64,000 nucleotides of DNA from a virus: IMG/VR virus record IMGVR_UViG_3300025118_000006, positions 1 through 64,000 of that record; one strand, given 5' to 3'. The notes beneath the pieces are model-generated. The model was given only the letters and a program-made list of their open reading frames with translations, ran no database searches and was not told where the DNA came from. The position numbers and the translations under genes are program-made. Below are positions 17,652 through 26,843 of the stretch, one piece after another (the first letter of the stretch is position 1; every line of letters starts with the position of its first letter).

Positions 17652-18119
17652 TTATTTCTGGCAATTCAGCAGCTTGGTGTTGCCGTAAATGTCACGAATG
17701 ACCGTGAACGGTGAGGTGTTTGGCTCATCAGGAACGGCCTCAATAAGGGCAGTCTTCACGTAGGTTTCTTCGCCTGTCTCGGCGCAGAAAATCTTTGTCA
17801 GGCCGCCGGTCTTGTTTCCGTAGCCAAGTTGAGCAGCGGTGCGAGCGCGGAGCACGGTGTAGGTCCGGTCGCGATGAAGCATAACCGACACCGACCTTGG
17901 CGCGAGCCGTGTCTCGCCAGCACTGTTCAGTCCATGCGAGCGGGGGCTGTCGTACCAAGCGTTACGCTCGTCTTGCGTAATAGGTCGGCTGGAATGAACT
18001 GTTCCGTCCATGTCGTTGCCATAGGTTTCGAGGGGATACTCAAGCTCGCCACCCTCTTTGTTGGTGAAGCACTTGGCTACGTTTAATCGAACGATGGTAT
18101 TTTTGAGAATCTTAGTCAT
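17652..18119 (-). CDS. early hypothetical protein
   Basis: Start reassigned to the ATG after leader C. Confidence 0.7.
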   Translation of the reverse strand: MTKILKNTIVRLNVAKCFTNKEGGELEYPLETYGNDMDGTVHSSRPITQDERNAWYDSPRSHGLNSAGETRLAPRSVSVMLHRDRTYTVLRARTAAQLGYGNKTGGLTKIFCAETGEETYVKTALIEAVPDEPNTSPFTVIRDIYGNTKLLNCQK

Positions 18120-18190
18120 TTTCTGTCTCCAATCAAGATTTGCTAACGTCACATTCAGGATTATAGGCATAGCCCTGGGGGCACGGTCAA
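18120..18190 (-). promoter_or_regulatory. early promoter plus conserved leader C
   Basis: TTGACC 18190, TATAAT 18165, GTGACGTTA 18152, GATTGGAGA SD. Confidence 0.75.
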
Positions 18191-18198
18191 GTACTTTA

Positions 18199-18501
18199 TT
18201 ACATAAAAGTTGAGAAAAAGAACTCGAACTCTGCCGACTCAGCCGCAGCAAGTCGATTAGCGAGTTCATTTTTTTCGTCTTCATCCTGCAATTCACGCGC
18301 AATCGCACCCCATGAGCAGTCGCCAGATTGGCATTCTGCCTTACCCTCGCGACGGGTAACGCGCTCAATAGCACGCTCTTCAGCGCCCATAGATGCGCGG
18401 GAGCAGGAGGAGCCGGGGGAGCCCTTACCTGGGTCACCCCAGAAAGAGCCCCGGCGGCCTCGGTGTCGAGGGACTAATGATTTAGAAGTAGATGCAGCCA
18501 T
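18199..18501 (-). CDS. hypothetical protein
   Basis: GGAGGT SD before ATG 18501. Confidence 0.5.
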   Translation of the reverse strand: MAASTSKSLVPRHRGRRGSFWGDPGKGSPGSSCSRASMGAEERAIERVTRREGKAECQSGDCSWGAIARELQDEDEKNELANRLAAAESAEFEFFFSTFM

Positions 18502-18503
18502 GA

Positions 18504-18725
18504 TTACTTTACCTCCGCTTTGCGAGCACGCTTCCATTTGGGCTTTGTAGGCTCTCTCAGTTCGCAGCCCTTTGGGCATTTCATCTCCGTAAGACCCTCC
18601 ACGAGAGGAACGCTACCCCACCCGCCACAGACGCACTCGTTGTGCATCCACGTGGGCCGTGGGTATGGAAGGTTTGCTCGCCATGGAATGGTCGCTGACT
18701 CTGTTCTTATTGTGTTCGTATTCAT
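18504..18725 (-). CDS. small Cys-containing hypothetical protein
   Basis: GGAGGT SD; TAATG coupling; CVCGG.G...CPKGC. Confidence 0.55.
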   Translation of the reverse strand: MNTNTIRTESATIPWRANLPYPRPTWMHNECVCGGWGSVPLVEGLTEMKCPKGCELREPTKPKWKRARKAEVK

Positions 18726-18907
18726 TACTTAACCTCCACTGGCTCGGCTACGGCTTTGCCAAGCGTCCATACACCGCCCATCGACTCGACCATCTCGTAT
18801 AGTGAGCGGTGGAACTTGTAGCGGCAATCATCAACGCTATTCGCGATGTACGTTACGTTTTCTTCGCCACTGTTGACGGGCGCAAGGTCTGTGATTCTAA
18901 CTTTCAT
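18725..18907 (-). CDS. early hypothetical protein (60 aa)
   Basis: Start reassigned to the ATG after leader D. Confidence 0.6.
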   Translation of the reverse strand: MKVRITDLAPVNSGEENVTYIANSVDDCRYKFHRSLYEMVESMGGVWTLGKAVAEPVEVK

Positions 18908-18970
18908 TTTTTTCTCCAAATAAATTAACGTCACCCGATAAGTTATAAGCCCTACCAAGCCTGTAGTCAA
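18908..18970 (-). promoter_or_regulatory. early promoter plus conserved leader D
   Basis: TTGACT-17-TATAAC, GTGACGTTAA 18934, TTGGAGA SD. Confidence 0.8.
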
Positions 18971-18999
18971 GCACTTTACTACAAGTTTGTGAAAAAAAG

Positions 19000-19203
19000 T
19001 TAATAACCGAGCAACAGCGCGACAGTGCCTATTGCGACAACGGCGCAACTAATGGTGACGATAGGGTCAAAAACTATGCGCCCAGTGAATGGGCTCTTGT
19101 GGGTGTAGAACGACGGTTCCTTCGCGTGAGGGTTTACCGTCCATTCACCACAGTGGTTACATTTAAGCCTTTCCATAACAGCCCCCCGTTCGCTCACGAG
19201 CAT
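19000..19203 (-). CDS. small protein with CxxC and C-terminal TM segment (start probably about 19176)
   Basis: Leftward block ORF. Confidence 0.45.
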   Translation of the reverse strand: MLVSERGAVMERLKCNHCGEWTVNPHAKEPSFYTHKSPFTGRIVFDPIVTISCAVVAIGTVALLLGY

Positions 19204-19414
19204 CGAACTCGCTTGCTGCTCTGATCAAGTGCGTGGCAAGGTTACGTGCTTGGGCAGATGACAGGTTGAGGCTTGGTCCTGGGTGCTCGATACGGACGGT
19301 GAAGAGGTTGCCTTCATCATATCCACCACAGACGCTCACGATGCCGTTAAGTGTGTTTATACCAGTACATTCCAGGCCCTCAAGCTCCGGCTGATTCATT
19401 TCATTGCTAGTCAT
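19163..19414 (-). CDS. hypothetical protein
   Basis: TTGACA-17-TAAATT promoter at 19481 (minus); GAGGA SD; LS..QARNLA..LI.AA motif. Confidence 0.6.
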   Translation of the reverse strand: MTSNEMNQPELEGLECTGINTLNGIVSVCGGYDEGNLFTVRIEHPGPSLNLSSAQARNLATHLIRAASEFDARERTGGCYGKA

Positions 19415-19481
19415 AAAGGTGTCCTCTCGATAAAATAGTAGTAGTTACGCCAAATTTACAGCCCGTGGGGAAGATTGTCAA

Positions 19482-21143
19482 GTGGTTGCGAACGAACACA
19501 GTGATATGGCCGCCAACATACTAGCTACGACAGCAGGTCGCAGGCGAATGTCTACGGCCTCTTTAATATACTTTGACACATACTATTGCGGCATGGCCTA
19601 CGCGGAACACAGGCAGAGGTGGTTGGACATTCTAGCGACCGCATATCGCAAGGGTCAGTCATCACGGGATGACCAGTCTTTACTGCTTCTGGCCCCTCGA
19701 AAGCATGGAAAGACTGAGCTTGCAGTTACATTCACGCTCTGGCTTATCTGCATGAACCGGAACATTCGTGTGCTTTGGATTGGTTCCAAAGCTGACTTGG
19801 CGAAGAAGCGTTTGGCGAGGTGTAAGGCCCTGCTAGAGAGCGCAAGAGTCCAGAATGACTGGTGCGGTGAGCCTGAAACCGGGTTCGGGCCTTGGCGTGG
19901 GGATTCTGGCGATGTTGAGTGGGACAAGAGCCGTATCCGAATCACGCGCAGCGCGGCACTTATTGACCCAACGATTGAAGCAGTCGGTATGCGTGGCGCA
20001 ATCACAGGTGGTCACTTCGATGTTATTATTCTGGATGACGTGGAGGACGAGAATTCGGTGCGCTCGGGTAGCGTGCGCGAGCACACGAGAGAGTGGTTCG
20101 AGGGAACGCTTACACCGATGTTAAATCAGGGTGGGCTCATGCTTTGCATTGGTACCCGAAAGCATTTCGACGATCTTTACGGTCGTTTGGATGAAAATCC
20201 CATGTGGCAAATCATCACCGACAAAGCCATTATGCAATGGCCTGATAAGTATGAGCCGACGTACGAGGAAATCGACGGCAAGGATATATTCACAGGCGTT
20301 TCGGTGGAGGGTGAGGCGAAGGTTTTGTGGCCTGAACAGCGACCGTTCGAGTACATGATTCGTCAGAGAATTAAGATGGGTTCGACGATTTTCGCTCGCG
20401 AGATGCAGAACGAGGTAGTGGATGATGAGACGGCCCAATTCAGGCTTGCTTGGCTGAAAGACGCTATGGCGAACGGGTCGAACTATAGTCTTTACGAGTT
20501 CCCGCCAAACGTGGACATCGTAGACATCGTGCAAGGCTGGGATCTCGCGCTAGTTACAGATCAAAGAAAGGCAGACGAGGGCGATAGGGACTTCACAGTA
20601 GGCGTGACGTGGGGTCGAGATGCGAAGGGAAATCGGTATCTTCTAGGAATGAGGCGGGAGCGAGGTATCACCCCAGGAACATTGCGGAACTCCATCATCA
20701 AAGAGCATGAACGCTTTGCTGGAAAGGTTCGAGCTATTGCTATTGAGAAGAACAGCTTTGGCGAACTCCACTTCCTCGGACTTCAGAAAACCACAGATTT
20801 ACCTCTAAAGGCACACATTACGGGGCGAAACAAAACCGACTCATGGGAAGGCGTACCGTCGATGGCGGCGCTTTTTGAAAACGGCAAGGTTCACTTCCCA
20901 AGCAAGACCCTGCGCGACAAGGAGATCATGAAGGACGTGATCGCGGAATTCCACGGCCTTGGCAGGGAGCGACACGACGACATCGTAATGTCTATGTGGA
21001 TAGCTGAAACCGTGCTACGCAAAGGTGGCTTCCAGTATCGTGCCGCGCAGGGAGACGACCTAATAGAGACGGATATTGTTGGCGCAGACGACTTCTCTCA
21101 TTTCGGTGGCGGGTTCGACGACCTACCCTTCCTTGACGATTGA
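19482..21143 (+). CDS. terL: terminase large subunit
   Basis: Walker A APRKHGKT, ITGGHFDVIILDDVED Walker B, IGTR, nuclease motifs GWDLA and HDDIV. Confidence 0.95.
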   Translation: MVANEHSDMAANILATTAGRRRMSTASLIYFDTYYCGMAYAEHRQRWLDILATAYRKGQSSRDDQSLLLLAPRKHGKTELAVTFTLWLICMNRNIRVLWIGSKADLAKKRLARCKALLESARVQNDWCGEPETGFGPWRGDSGDVEWDKSRIRITRSAALIDPTIEAVGMRGAITGGHFDVIILDDVEDENSVRSGSVREHTREWFEGTLTPMLNQGGLMLCIGTRKHFDDLYGRLDENPMWQIITDKAIMQWPDKYEPTYEEIDGKDIFTGVSVEGEAKVLWPEQRPFEYMIRQRIKMGSTIFAREMQNEVVDDETAQFRLAWLKDAMANGSNYSLYEFPPNVDIVDIVQGWDLALVTDQRKADEGDRDFTVGVTWGRDAKGNRYLLGMRRERGITPGTLRNSIIKEHERFAGKVRAIAIEKNSFGELHFLGLQKTTDLPLKAHITGRNKTDSWEGVPSMAALFENGKVHFPSKTLRDKEIMKDVIAEFHGLGRERHDDIVMSMWIAETVLRKGGFQYRAAQGDDLIETDIVGADDFSHFGGGFDDLPFLDD

Positions 21144-21202
21144 CGTTGACCAGAGTGTGTTTTTAGACATAATTTCATAATAGAATCTCGGAGTAGAAGC
21201 TC

Positions 21203-21586
21203 ATGCCTCAGATGCAAAAAAACAAGAAGTTCACCTTTCAGGCCACTAACGGCCAAGAGAAGGTTTTTAATTTAAATAGACGAAACCTCGGCTTTAACCC
21301 AAGCCAAACCTTCGACCATCACCAGATACAGGTGTACGCGAGCAACACGTCCCACGCTATTGCGACGGACCAGATTTCGCTGACCTTCAAACCTGTTAAT
21401 TCAGATGTCTTTGCTAGTCTGTCTGGCTCCACAACAATGGACAACGGTGACGTTTTTCTCGTTGATGTTGGTCCGTGGGAGGAGATAAAGGTGACCCTGT
21501 CAGCAACGCACGGGTTGGCCACATCGGCTGATAACGTGACAGTCGTGTGCAATTCCTTCGTGGCCTTCGGCGGCATGGGACAATAA
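21203..21586 (+). CDS. hypothetical virion protein
   Basis: Promoter TTGACC..CATAAT, GGAG SD; beta-rich sequence. Confidence 0.6.
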   Translation: MPQMQKNKKFTFQATNGQEKVFNLNRRNLGFNPSQTFDHHQIQVYASNTSHAIATDQISLTFKPVNSDVFASLSGSTTMDNGDVFLVDVGPWEEIKVTLSATHGLATSADNVTVVCNSFVAFGGMGQ

Positions 21587-21606
21587 AAAATTAGGAGAGT
21601 CGAAAG

Positions 21607-24600
21607 ATGGCAACTGTAATACGGGCCTCTGTATCAACAACTAGCTCTAAAGAGGGTGTTCAGACTCTCGCAGCACTGAAGGCGCTTACGGTACGAACAG
21701 ATAAAGAAGTTCGACTCGTGGAGGATTCTGGAATCCAGTATCGGTGGGATGCTGACAGCACGGCTACGTCGGAAGATTTCGACATCGTGCGCCCAACGGA
21801 TGTTGGTTCGGACGCATCCGCTGGACGCTGGCTCCGTATTTTCGGTAACATTCAAAGCGTAGCAGGCAGGACTGGGGTTATCACGCTTGCTTCAAGCGAC
21901 CTCACAGACTGGGGTGCGGCTACACCCCTGGCGTTTAGAACCACCACGAACGAAAACAAGATCACCTTTGGCGCGGCTGATATCGGAATTGCCAACAAGG
22001 ACGGTACCGATCTGGTTTTCTTCTCAGACGCTGCGGGCGAGATATTGTTCGCGGACGGTGGGCGAACCGGAAACGTCAAGATGGCCATTGACATGGACGC
22101 TGGCGGCGTCTCCATCGGGAACAATGTTCACAGCAACACACCGCCAACGAGCGGCCTCTACGTCGAAGGCAGCGTTGGTGTTGGCGTAGCACCAAAGACT
22201 CAGCTATCGGTTGAGGGCGCGGTTACCATCAAGGAGCAGGCGGCGGCTGATTCAGACACAGCCGCCTACGGGCAGTTGTGGGTCAAGACAGCTACACCGA
22301 ATGAATTGTATTTCACCACAGACGCGGGAAATGACATTCAGATCACCACTGGCTCGTCGATAGTCGCTGCGAGCGGTGGGTCCACTGCGGCAGATGACAT
22401 TACAGCCGGTGATGCGGCGGTAAGTGTTGCGACAAGCAGCGGTGCTGTCGTTATTGACTCCAACGCGAGCACTGTGACAGTAGACGGCCACACTGGCGTG
22501 ACCGTGACTTCGTCGAATTCGGGAGAGGTTGATATAACCTCGGCTGCGAACGTAGACATCAACGCTACGACCGGGGTCACGATAGACGGAACAACCGTTT
22601 CTATCGACGGGACCGATACGACTAACCTTACGATGACCGCTAACAGCAGTAGCGCCAAGGCGTTGACCATTGACGCTGTAAATTCCGGTTCAGGGGTCGC
22701 GAGCATTTCGTTGGGAACCACGAGCGGAACGGCGATCAGTATTGGACATTCAACCTCCGAAACGACCGTCAACGACAACCTGACCGTGACCGGTAATTTG
22801 ACCGTTGACGGAACGACCACGACGATCAACTCAACCACGCTTACCGTAGACGACAAGGTAGTCGTTATTGCGTCCGGCGCTGCGGATTCCGCTGCTGCTG
22901 ATGGTGCAGGTATCTCGGTTGACGGCGCGAGCGCCACGATACTTTATGACCACACTGGCACTCAATGGGAAATGAACAAGCCCCTTGAGATCACTGGCAC
23001 GTTAGCCACGACAGGTGACGTGACTTTCGGTGTGGACGATACGGGCGTAGACGTGCGTATGTTTAGCGCGACAGCTTCCGAGGGTGTGCTCTATGACGCC
23101 TCCGAGGACGAGCTTGCTTTGTTACTCACAACCAAGCTGAAGTTTCATGATGTAGGTGGTGGCGAGGAAATTTTTGCTTCAGCAGACGGACACCTTGAGG
23201 TGAACGCTGGTACGACGCTGGACATGACTGCGCCGACAGTGGATATGAACGCCTCAACAGCAGTAACTATTGACGGACCAGCAGTGACAGTTGCCGACAG
23301 TGCTGCTGGTAAGCCAGTGCTTACCTTAAAAACAACGCACACAACCAAGACATCTTCAAGTGAATTACAGTTCTTGAAAGACGCTGCTGATACAGAAGAC
23401 GGCGAGGTTCTGGGTCAGATCACATTCTATGGCGAAGATGAAGGAAATAATAATACACAGTTTGCCGGCATTGTAGCGTCGATTAGTGAATCCGACGAAA
23501 CTGACGAAGCAGGCAAATTAGAGCTTCAGGTTGCTGAGAGCGATGGTACAAATACAGCTATGACGACCGGCTTAACCCTAGAGGGTGAGCACGCAACTGA
23601 TGGTCAGATTGACGTAACAATCGCTGCCGGTGCAGCATCCACAACAACAGTTGCCGGTGACTTATCAGTTACCACCGACCTTACAGTTAACGGAGATGGA
23701 ACATTCCATAACGCAAGTAGCAACTGTTTAATTTCGTTAGAGGCATTATCAGGAGCAAACTCTGCAATAGAATTTAGAGAAGGAAGCCTCTATTGGCAAA
23801 TGGGTCATCGAGGAAGCAATAACGCCTTCTACCTTAGAGATGCTCTTTCGACTACAGGCGACGTTATACAAATTGAAGAAAATGCTGGTGACAATCTCAT
23901 ATATGGTAAAGCCGGATCTCTTTTGGGTATCAATACAGATGCCCCAACACACACTCTTACTGTAGCCGGAACATCTTTGATTACAGGCGACGCAACATTC
24001 GGCGTTGATGATACTGGAGTAGACGTAAGGCTCTTTAGTGCCACCGCAAGCGAAGGTGTGCTCTACGACGCATCCGAAGACGAGCTTGCCCTGCTTCTTA
24101 CTACGAAGCTCAAGTTCCACGACGTTGGTGGTGGTGAAGAAATCTTTGCGTCTGCTAACGGACACCTTGAGGTGAACGCTGGGACAACGCTGGATATGAC
24201 AGCGCCAACGGTTGACATCAACGCATCTACAACACTGACCATTGATTCGCCGAGCGTAGTAATCTCTAGCTCTACAGATGACAAGCCGCTGGTTGAGATT
24301 GTGTCAACAAACGCTGGTGCGAACCCACCAACGCTTCTCTTGAATCATGCTAGCGCCTCTCCTGCTGACAACGATGAGATTGGCGAGATTGTCTTTAACG
24401 GCAACGACGACGGCGGCTCGTCCACTATGATGGCGAAGATCGTAGCAACATCCCCGGATGTTTCTAATGGCTCTGAAGATGGTAAGATTGCGTTTAAGCT
24501 GCGTACCGCAGGGGCAGTATTGACGCCTGTTGAAATCGTAGGAGCAGGTTTAACGATTGGTTCTGCCACTGAAGCAGACTCTATGATTATCTTCGACGGT

Positions 24601-25140
24601 CACGCTCAAGACTACCGAATTGGTATTGACGACGGGACCGACACCTTAGAGATTGGGCACGGAACGGCGCATGGAACCAACACTGGGCTTACGATTAACT
24701 CTTCGGGTGATGTAACAAAGATTGGTCAAGACACACCAAGTGATGCCCAGGTCCTTACATGGGACAACAGCAACACGAAGGTTGTTTGGTCTGATGCCTC
24801 AGGTGGTGGCGGTGCTCAAGAGAAAGCAATCACAATCCTCGCATCCGGCAACAGCCCACTAGAACTAACAACAAGCCACGGCGTTATCCTTGTGGACACC
24901 AGTGCAGGCGCATATCAGGTAAACCTACCAAGCTCAGACTTAGCTGACGGGCAGGTTTGGCACATCAAAGATCAGGATGGAAATGCTTCTGCGAACAATA
25001 TATCCATCGCGCTTGTAGACACAACAAACGACCGGATTGACGGGTCGACAGCCAACGTCGTCATTAACCAAGACTATGGCTCCGTCACTCTCACCCAATA
25101 CGAGGTTTCGTCGGGCGTTTACCAATACTTCATCTTGTAG
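21607..25140 (+). CDS. long fibre-like structural protein with internal duplication
   Basis: T/S/D/G-rich beta repeats, VAGRTGVITL, GNLTVDGTTTTINSTTLTVDD, C-terminal IKD..GNA..NNI domain. Confidence 0.7.
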   Translation: MATVIRASVSTTSSKEGVQTLAALKALTVRTDKEVRLVEDSGIQYRWDADSTATSEDFDIVRPTDVGSDASAGRWLRIFGNIQSVAGRTGVITLASSDLTDWGAATPLAFRTTTNENKITFGAADIGIANKDGTDLVFFSDAAGEILFADGGRTGNVKMAIDMDAGGVSIGNNVHSNTPPTSGLYVEGSVGVGVAPKTQLSVEGAVTIKEQAAADSDTAAYGQLWVKTATPNELYFTTDAGNDIQITTGSSIVAASGGSTAADDITAGDAAVSVATSSGAVVIDSNASTVTVDGHTGVTVTSSNSGEVDITSAANVDINATTGVTIDGTTVSIDGTDTTNLTMTANSSSAKALTIDAVNSGSGVASISLGTTSGTAISIGHSTSETTVNDNLTVTGNLTVDGTTTTINSTTLTVDDKVVVIASGAADSAAADGAGISVDGASATILYDHTGTQWEMNKPLEITGTLATTGDVTFGVDDTGVDVRMFSATASEGVLYDASEDELALLLTTKLKFHDVGGGEEIFASADGHLEVNAGTTLDMTAPTVDMNASTAVTIDGPAVTVADSAAGKPVLTLKTTHTTKTSSSELQFLKDAADTEDGEVLGQITFYGEDEGNNNTQFAGIVASISESDETDEAGKLELQVAESDGTNTAMTTGLTLEGEHATDGQIDVTIAAGAASTTTVAGDLSVTTDLTVNGDGTFHNASSNCLISLEALSGANSAIEFREGSLYWQMGHRGSNNAFYLRDALSTTGDVIQIEENAGDNLIYGKAGSLLGINTDAPTHTLTVAGTSLITGDATFGVDDTGVDVRLFSATASEGVLYDASEDELALLLTTKLKFHDVGGGEEIFASANGHLEVNAGTTLDMTAPTVDINASTTLTIDSPSVVISSSTDDKPLVEIVSTNAGANPPTLLLNHASASPADNDEIGEIVFNGNDDGGSSTMMAKIVATSPDVSNGSEDGKIAFKLRTAGAVLTPVEIVGAGLTIGSATEADSMIIFDGHAQDYRIGIDDGTDTLEIGHGTAHGTNTGLTINSSGDVTKIGQDTPSDAQVLTWDNSNTKVVWSDASGGGGAQEKAITILASGNSPLELTTSHGVILVDTSAGAYQVNLPSSDLADGQVWHIKDQDGNASANNISIALVDTTNDRIDGSTANVVINQDYGSVTLTQYEVSSGVYQYFIL
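23011..24246 (+). repeat. 88-codon direct repeat (23011-23274 and 23983-24246) inside the fibre gene
   Basis: Near-identical peptide TGD.TFGVDDTGVDVR...TID with many synonymous differences. Confidence 0.9.
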
Positions 25141-25148
25141 GTGGCACT

Positions 25149-25625
25149 ATGACCGTAGGACTAGGAATACTTGAACCTATTTTTCACCAGCGCAACTACG
25201 CGCCTGGGCTGGGCGCGGGGCGTGACACGTTCAACAACGGCGCGAATCAGATGCACATTGCGACGGTAGCCATGCCAAAGGATATGACTACTCGCGATTA
25301 CATTGTGATGATGTGGGCGGGTACAATCCAGACAGACGGTGACGACCCTGGGTACAAGGTAGAGATAGCAGACGAGGCTGGCAATTCACACAGCACGGCC
25401 TGGGAGTACAACAAGGGCTCGTCTATGGCATTCCGTGTAGCCGATTGCACACGATACACAGCCGAAAAAGCAGTTAGCACCGACCTACGCGATTACTGCA
25501 CAGGCTCGGGCTCTGGTGGTAGCGCAGCCGACGCACACCTTTCTCGGGTGGACCACTACAACGCAAACACCAGCGAGGGGCTTTCGACGGTATACGGGTT
25601 CACCATGTTTCTTCGGAGAGGCTGA
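25149..25625 (+). CDS. hypothetical virion protein, paralog 1 of 3
   Basis: MPKDMTTRDYI motif. Confidence 0.6.
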   Translation: MTVGLGILEPIFHQRNYAPGLGAGRDTFNNGANQMHIATVAMPKDMTTRDYIVMMWAGTIQTDGDDPGYKVEIADEAGNSHSTAWEYNKGSSMAFRVADCTRYTAEKAVSTDLRDYCTGSGSGGSAADAHLSRVDHYNANTSEGLSTVYGFTMFLRRG

Positions 25626-26104
25626 TGACCTACAAGCACCGATATTGCATCCCATTCCTGCAATACAAACGGTCGAATGGGACCACAGACCCTGTCTCTG
25701 GTGGTTGGACCAAATCTTGTGGCTCCGACGAGTCCTCGCCAAGCAGCCTGTGGTACTTTGGTTTACCGCTCGGATTAACAACGCGAGACGTGATTCACGT
25801 TCGTGTTGGTATTAAAGAGCCGGATGATGTCAACAGAGGGTTCAAACTTTACTTTGCCACTGCGAACACTAGCTATTCCGCAGATGATCTGAAAGAAACA
25901 TACATCCTAAACCCAAGCGATACAGCCAACGAGGCTAAATACCCTGTAATGCAGATAACGACTCGTGTGAACGCAGACCTTGTTACCGCCAGCGCAAACC
26001 ACACTGCAATGCGCTCGTGGGTGAGCCCTTCGGAGTCAGGCTCGGGAACGGTGTACATGCACGGGCTATTGGCCTGGGTAGAAAAAAATGTTGGGGGTCC
26101 ATAA
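25625..26104 (+). CDS. hypothetical virion protein, paralog 2 of 3
   Basis: LPLGLTTRDVI motif; TGATG coupling. Confidence 0.6.
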   Translation: MTYKHRYCIPFLQYKRSNGTTDPVSGGWTKSCGSDESSPSSLWYFGLPLGLTTRDVIHVRVGIKEPDDVNRGFKLYFATANTSYSADDLKETYILNPSDTANEAKYPVMQITTRVNADLVTASANHTAMRSWVSPSESGSGTVYMHGLLAWVEKNVGGP

Positions 26105-26559
26105 TGACGTACAAGCGCGACGACGACGTTATACCACTTTTGTTCTGCAACTACTTGGGTCCGAAGCCTAATGTGGTTATACCGTTTCACCTTCCAGAAG
26201 ATCTGACAGCCAACGACCGGATTCACCTAAACATCCCGTTTAGAAACAACGCTACCTCTGGAAACATCACGGCGACCGGCCACATCCAGAAAGCAAACGA
26301 CTCCGACGCAGACTTTGATATCACTGGTACAGGGAATGCGACGGCCTTTAGTACAGCATGGGAGTCCGACGCTAATGTTACCGTCACGGGCTCAAGCGGG
26401 TCTTACATGAAGCAAATTGCCCGGTTCGTTTTCTCACCCGACAACGCTGACTACCTCACGCACGCGGCGGCGGGAAAGCTATTTGTGTTTACCATCACGG
26501 TAGATAGCGGTGCGCTAACAGCACTGAACTCACACGCATATATTCAAAGGTGCAGATAG
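26104..26559 (+). CDS. hypothetical virion protein, paralog 3 of 3
   Basis: LPEDLTANDRI motif; TAATG coupling. Confidence 0.6.
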   Translation: MTYKRDDDVIPLLFCNYLGPKPNVVIPFHLPEDLTANDRIHLNIPFRNNATSGNITATGHIQKANDSDADFDITGTGNATAFSTAWESDANVTVTGSSGSYMKQIARFVFSPDNADYLTHAAAGKLFVFTITVDSGALTALNSHAYIQRCR

Positions 26560-26834
26560 TCATGCCAACGCTTAATTTAGGCTTAGTCAGCCCAGGATTT
26601 TTCAATGATGGCGACCTCGAAATTAACGGAGAGCAGCTAGGCGCATTAGAGGTTTTAGCGGCTGACTCGGATAACGCACTAGCGGACGCCATAAGCGGCT
26701 TTGACAACCTAACAGCCACCGTAAGCGAAACAGGCGAATTGGTGATAGAATGGAGTGGAGTGCTTTCGGTAGACGGCCAAGACCCTACCGGAGGCGGGGC
26801 CATAAACGACCTTCAGGCAGGGTCTTACGAATAG
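26550..26834 (+). CDS. small acidic hypothetical protein
   Basis: Fills the gap in the operon. Confidence 0.5.
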   Translation: MQIVMPTLNLGLVSPGFFNDGDLEINGEQLGALEVLAADSDNALADAISGFDNLTATVSETGELVIEWSGVLSVDGQDPTGGGAINDLQAGSYE

Positions 26835-26843
26835 GAGTGAAAG

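Noticed and set aside
8552-19361. GTGTGTTTATA-like matches at 8552(-) and 19351(+)
   Set aside because: Both lie inside coding sequence and are probably chance matches.
10456-21143. Inteins or introns in DnaB or TerL
   Set aside because: Both have normal length with contiguous motifs and no splicing signatures.
23011-24246. Fibre-gene duplication as a DGR template/variable repeat pair
   Set aside because: Both copies are in-frame coding, differences are mostly synonymous rather than adenine-specific, and no reverse transcriptase is in the window.
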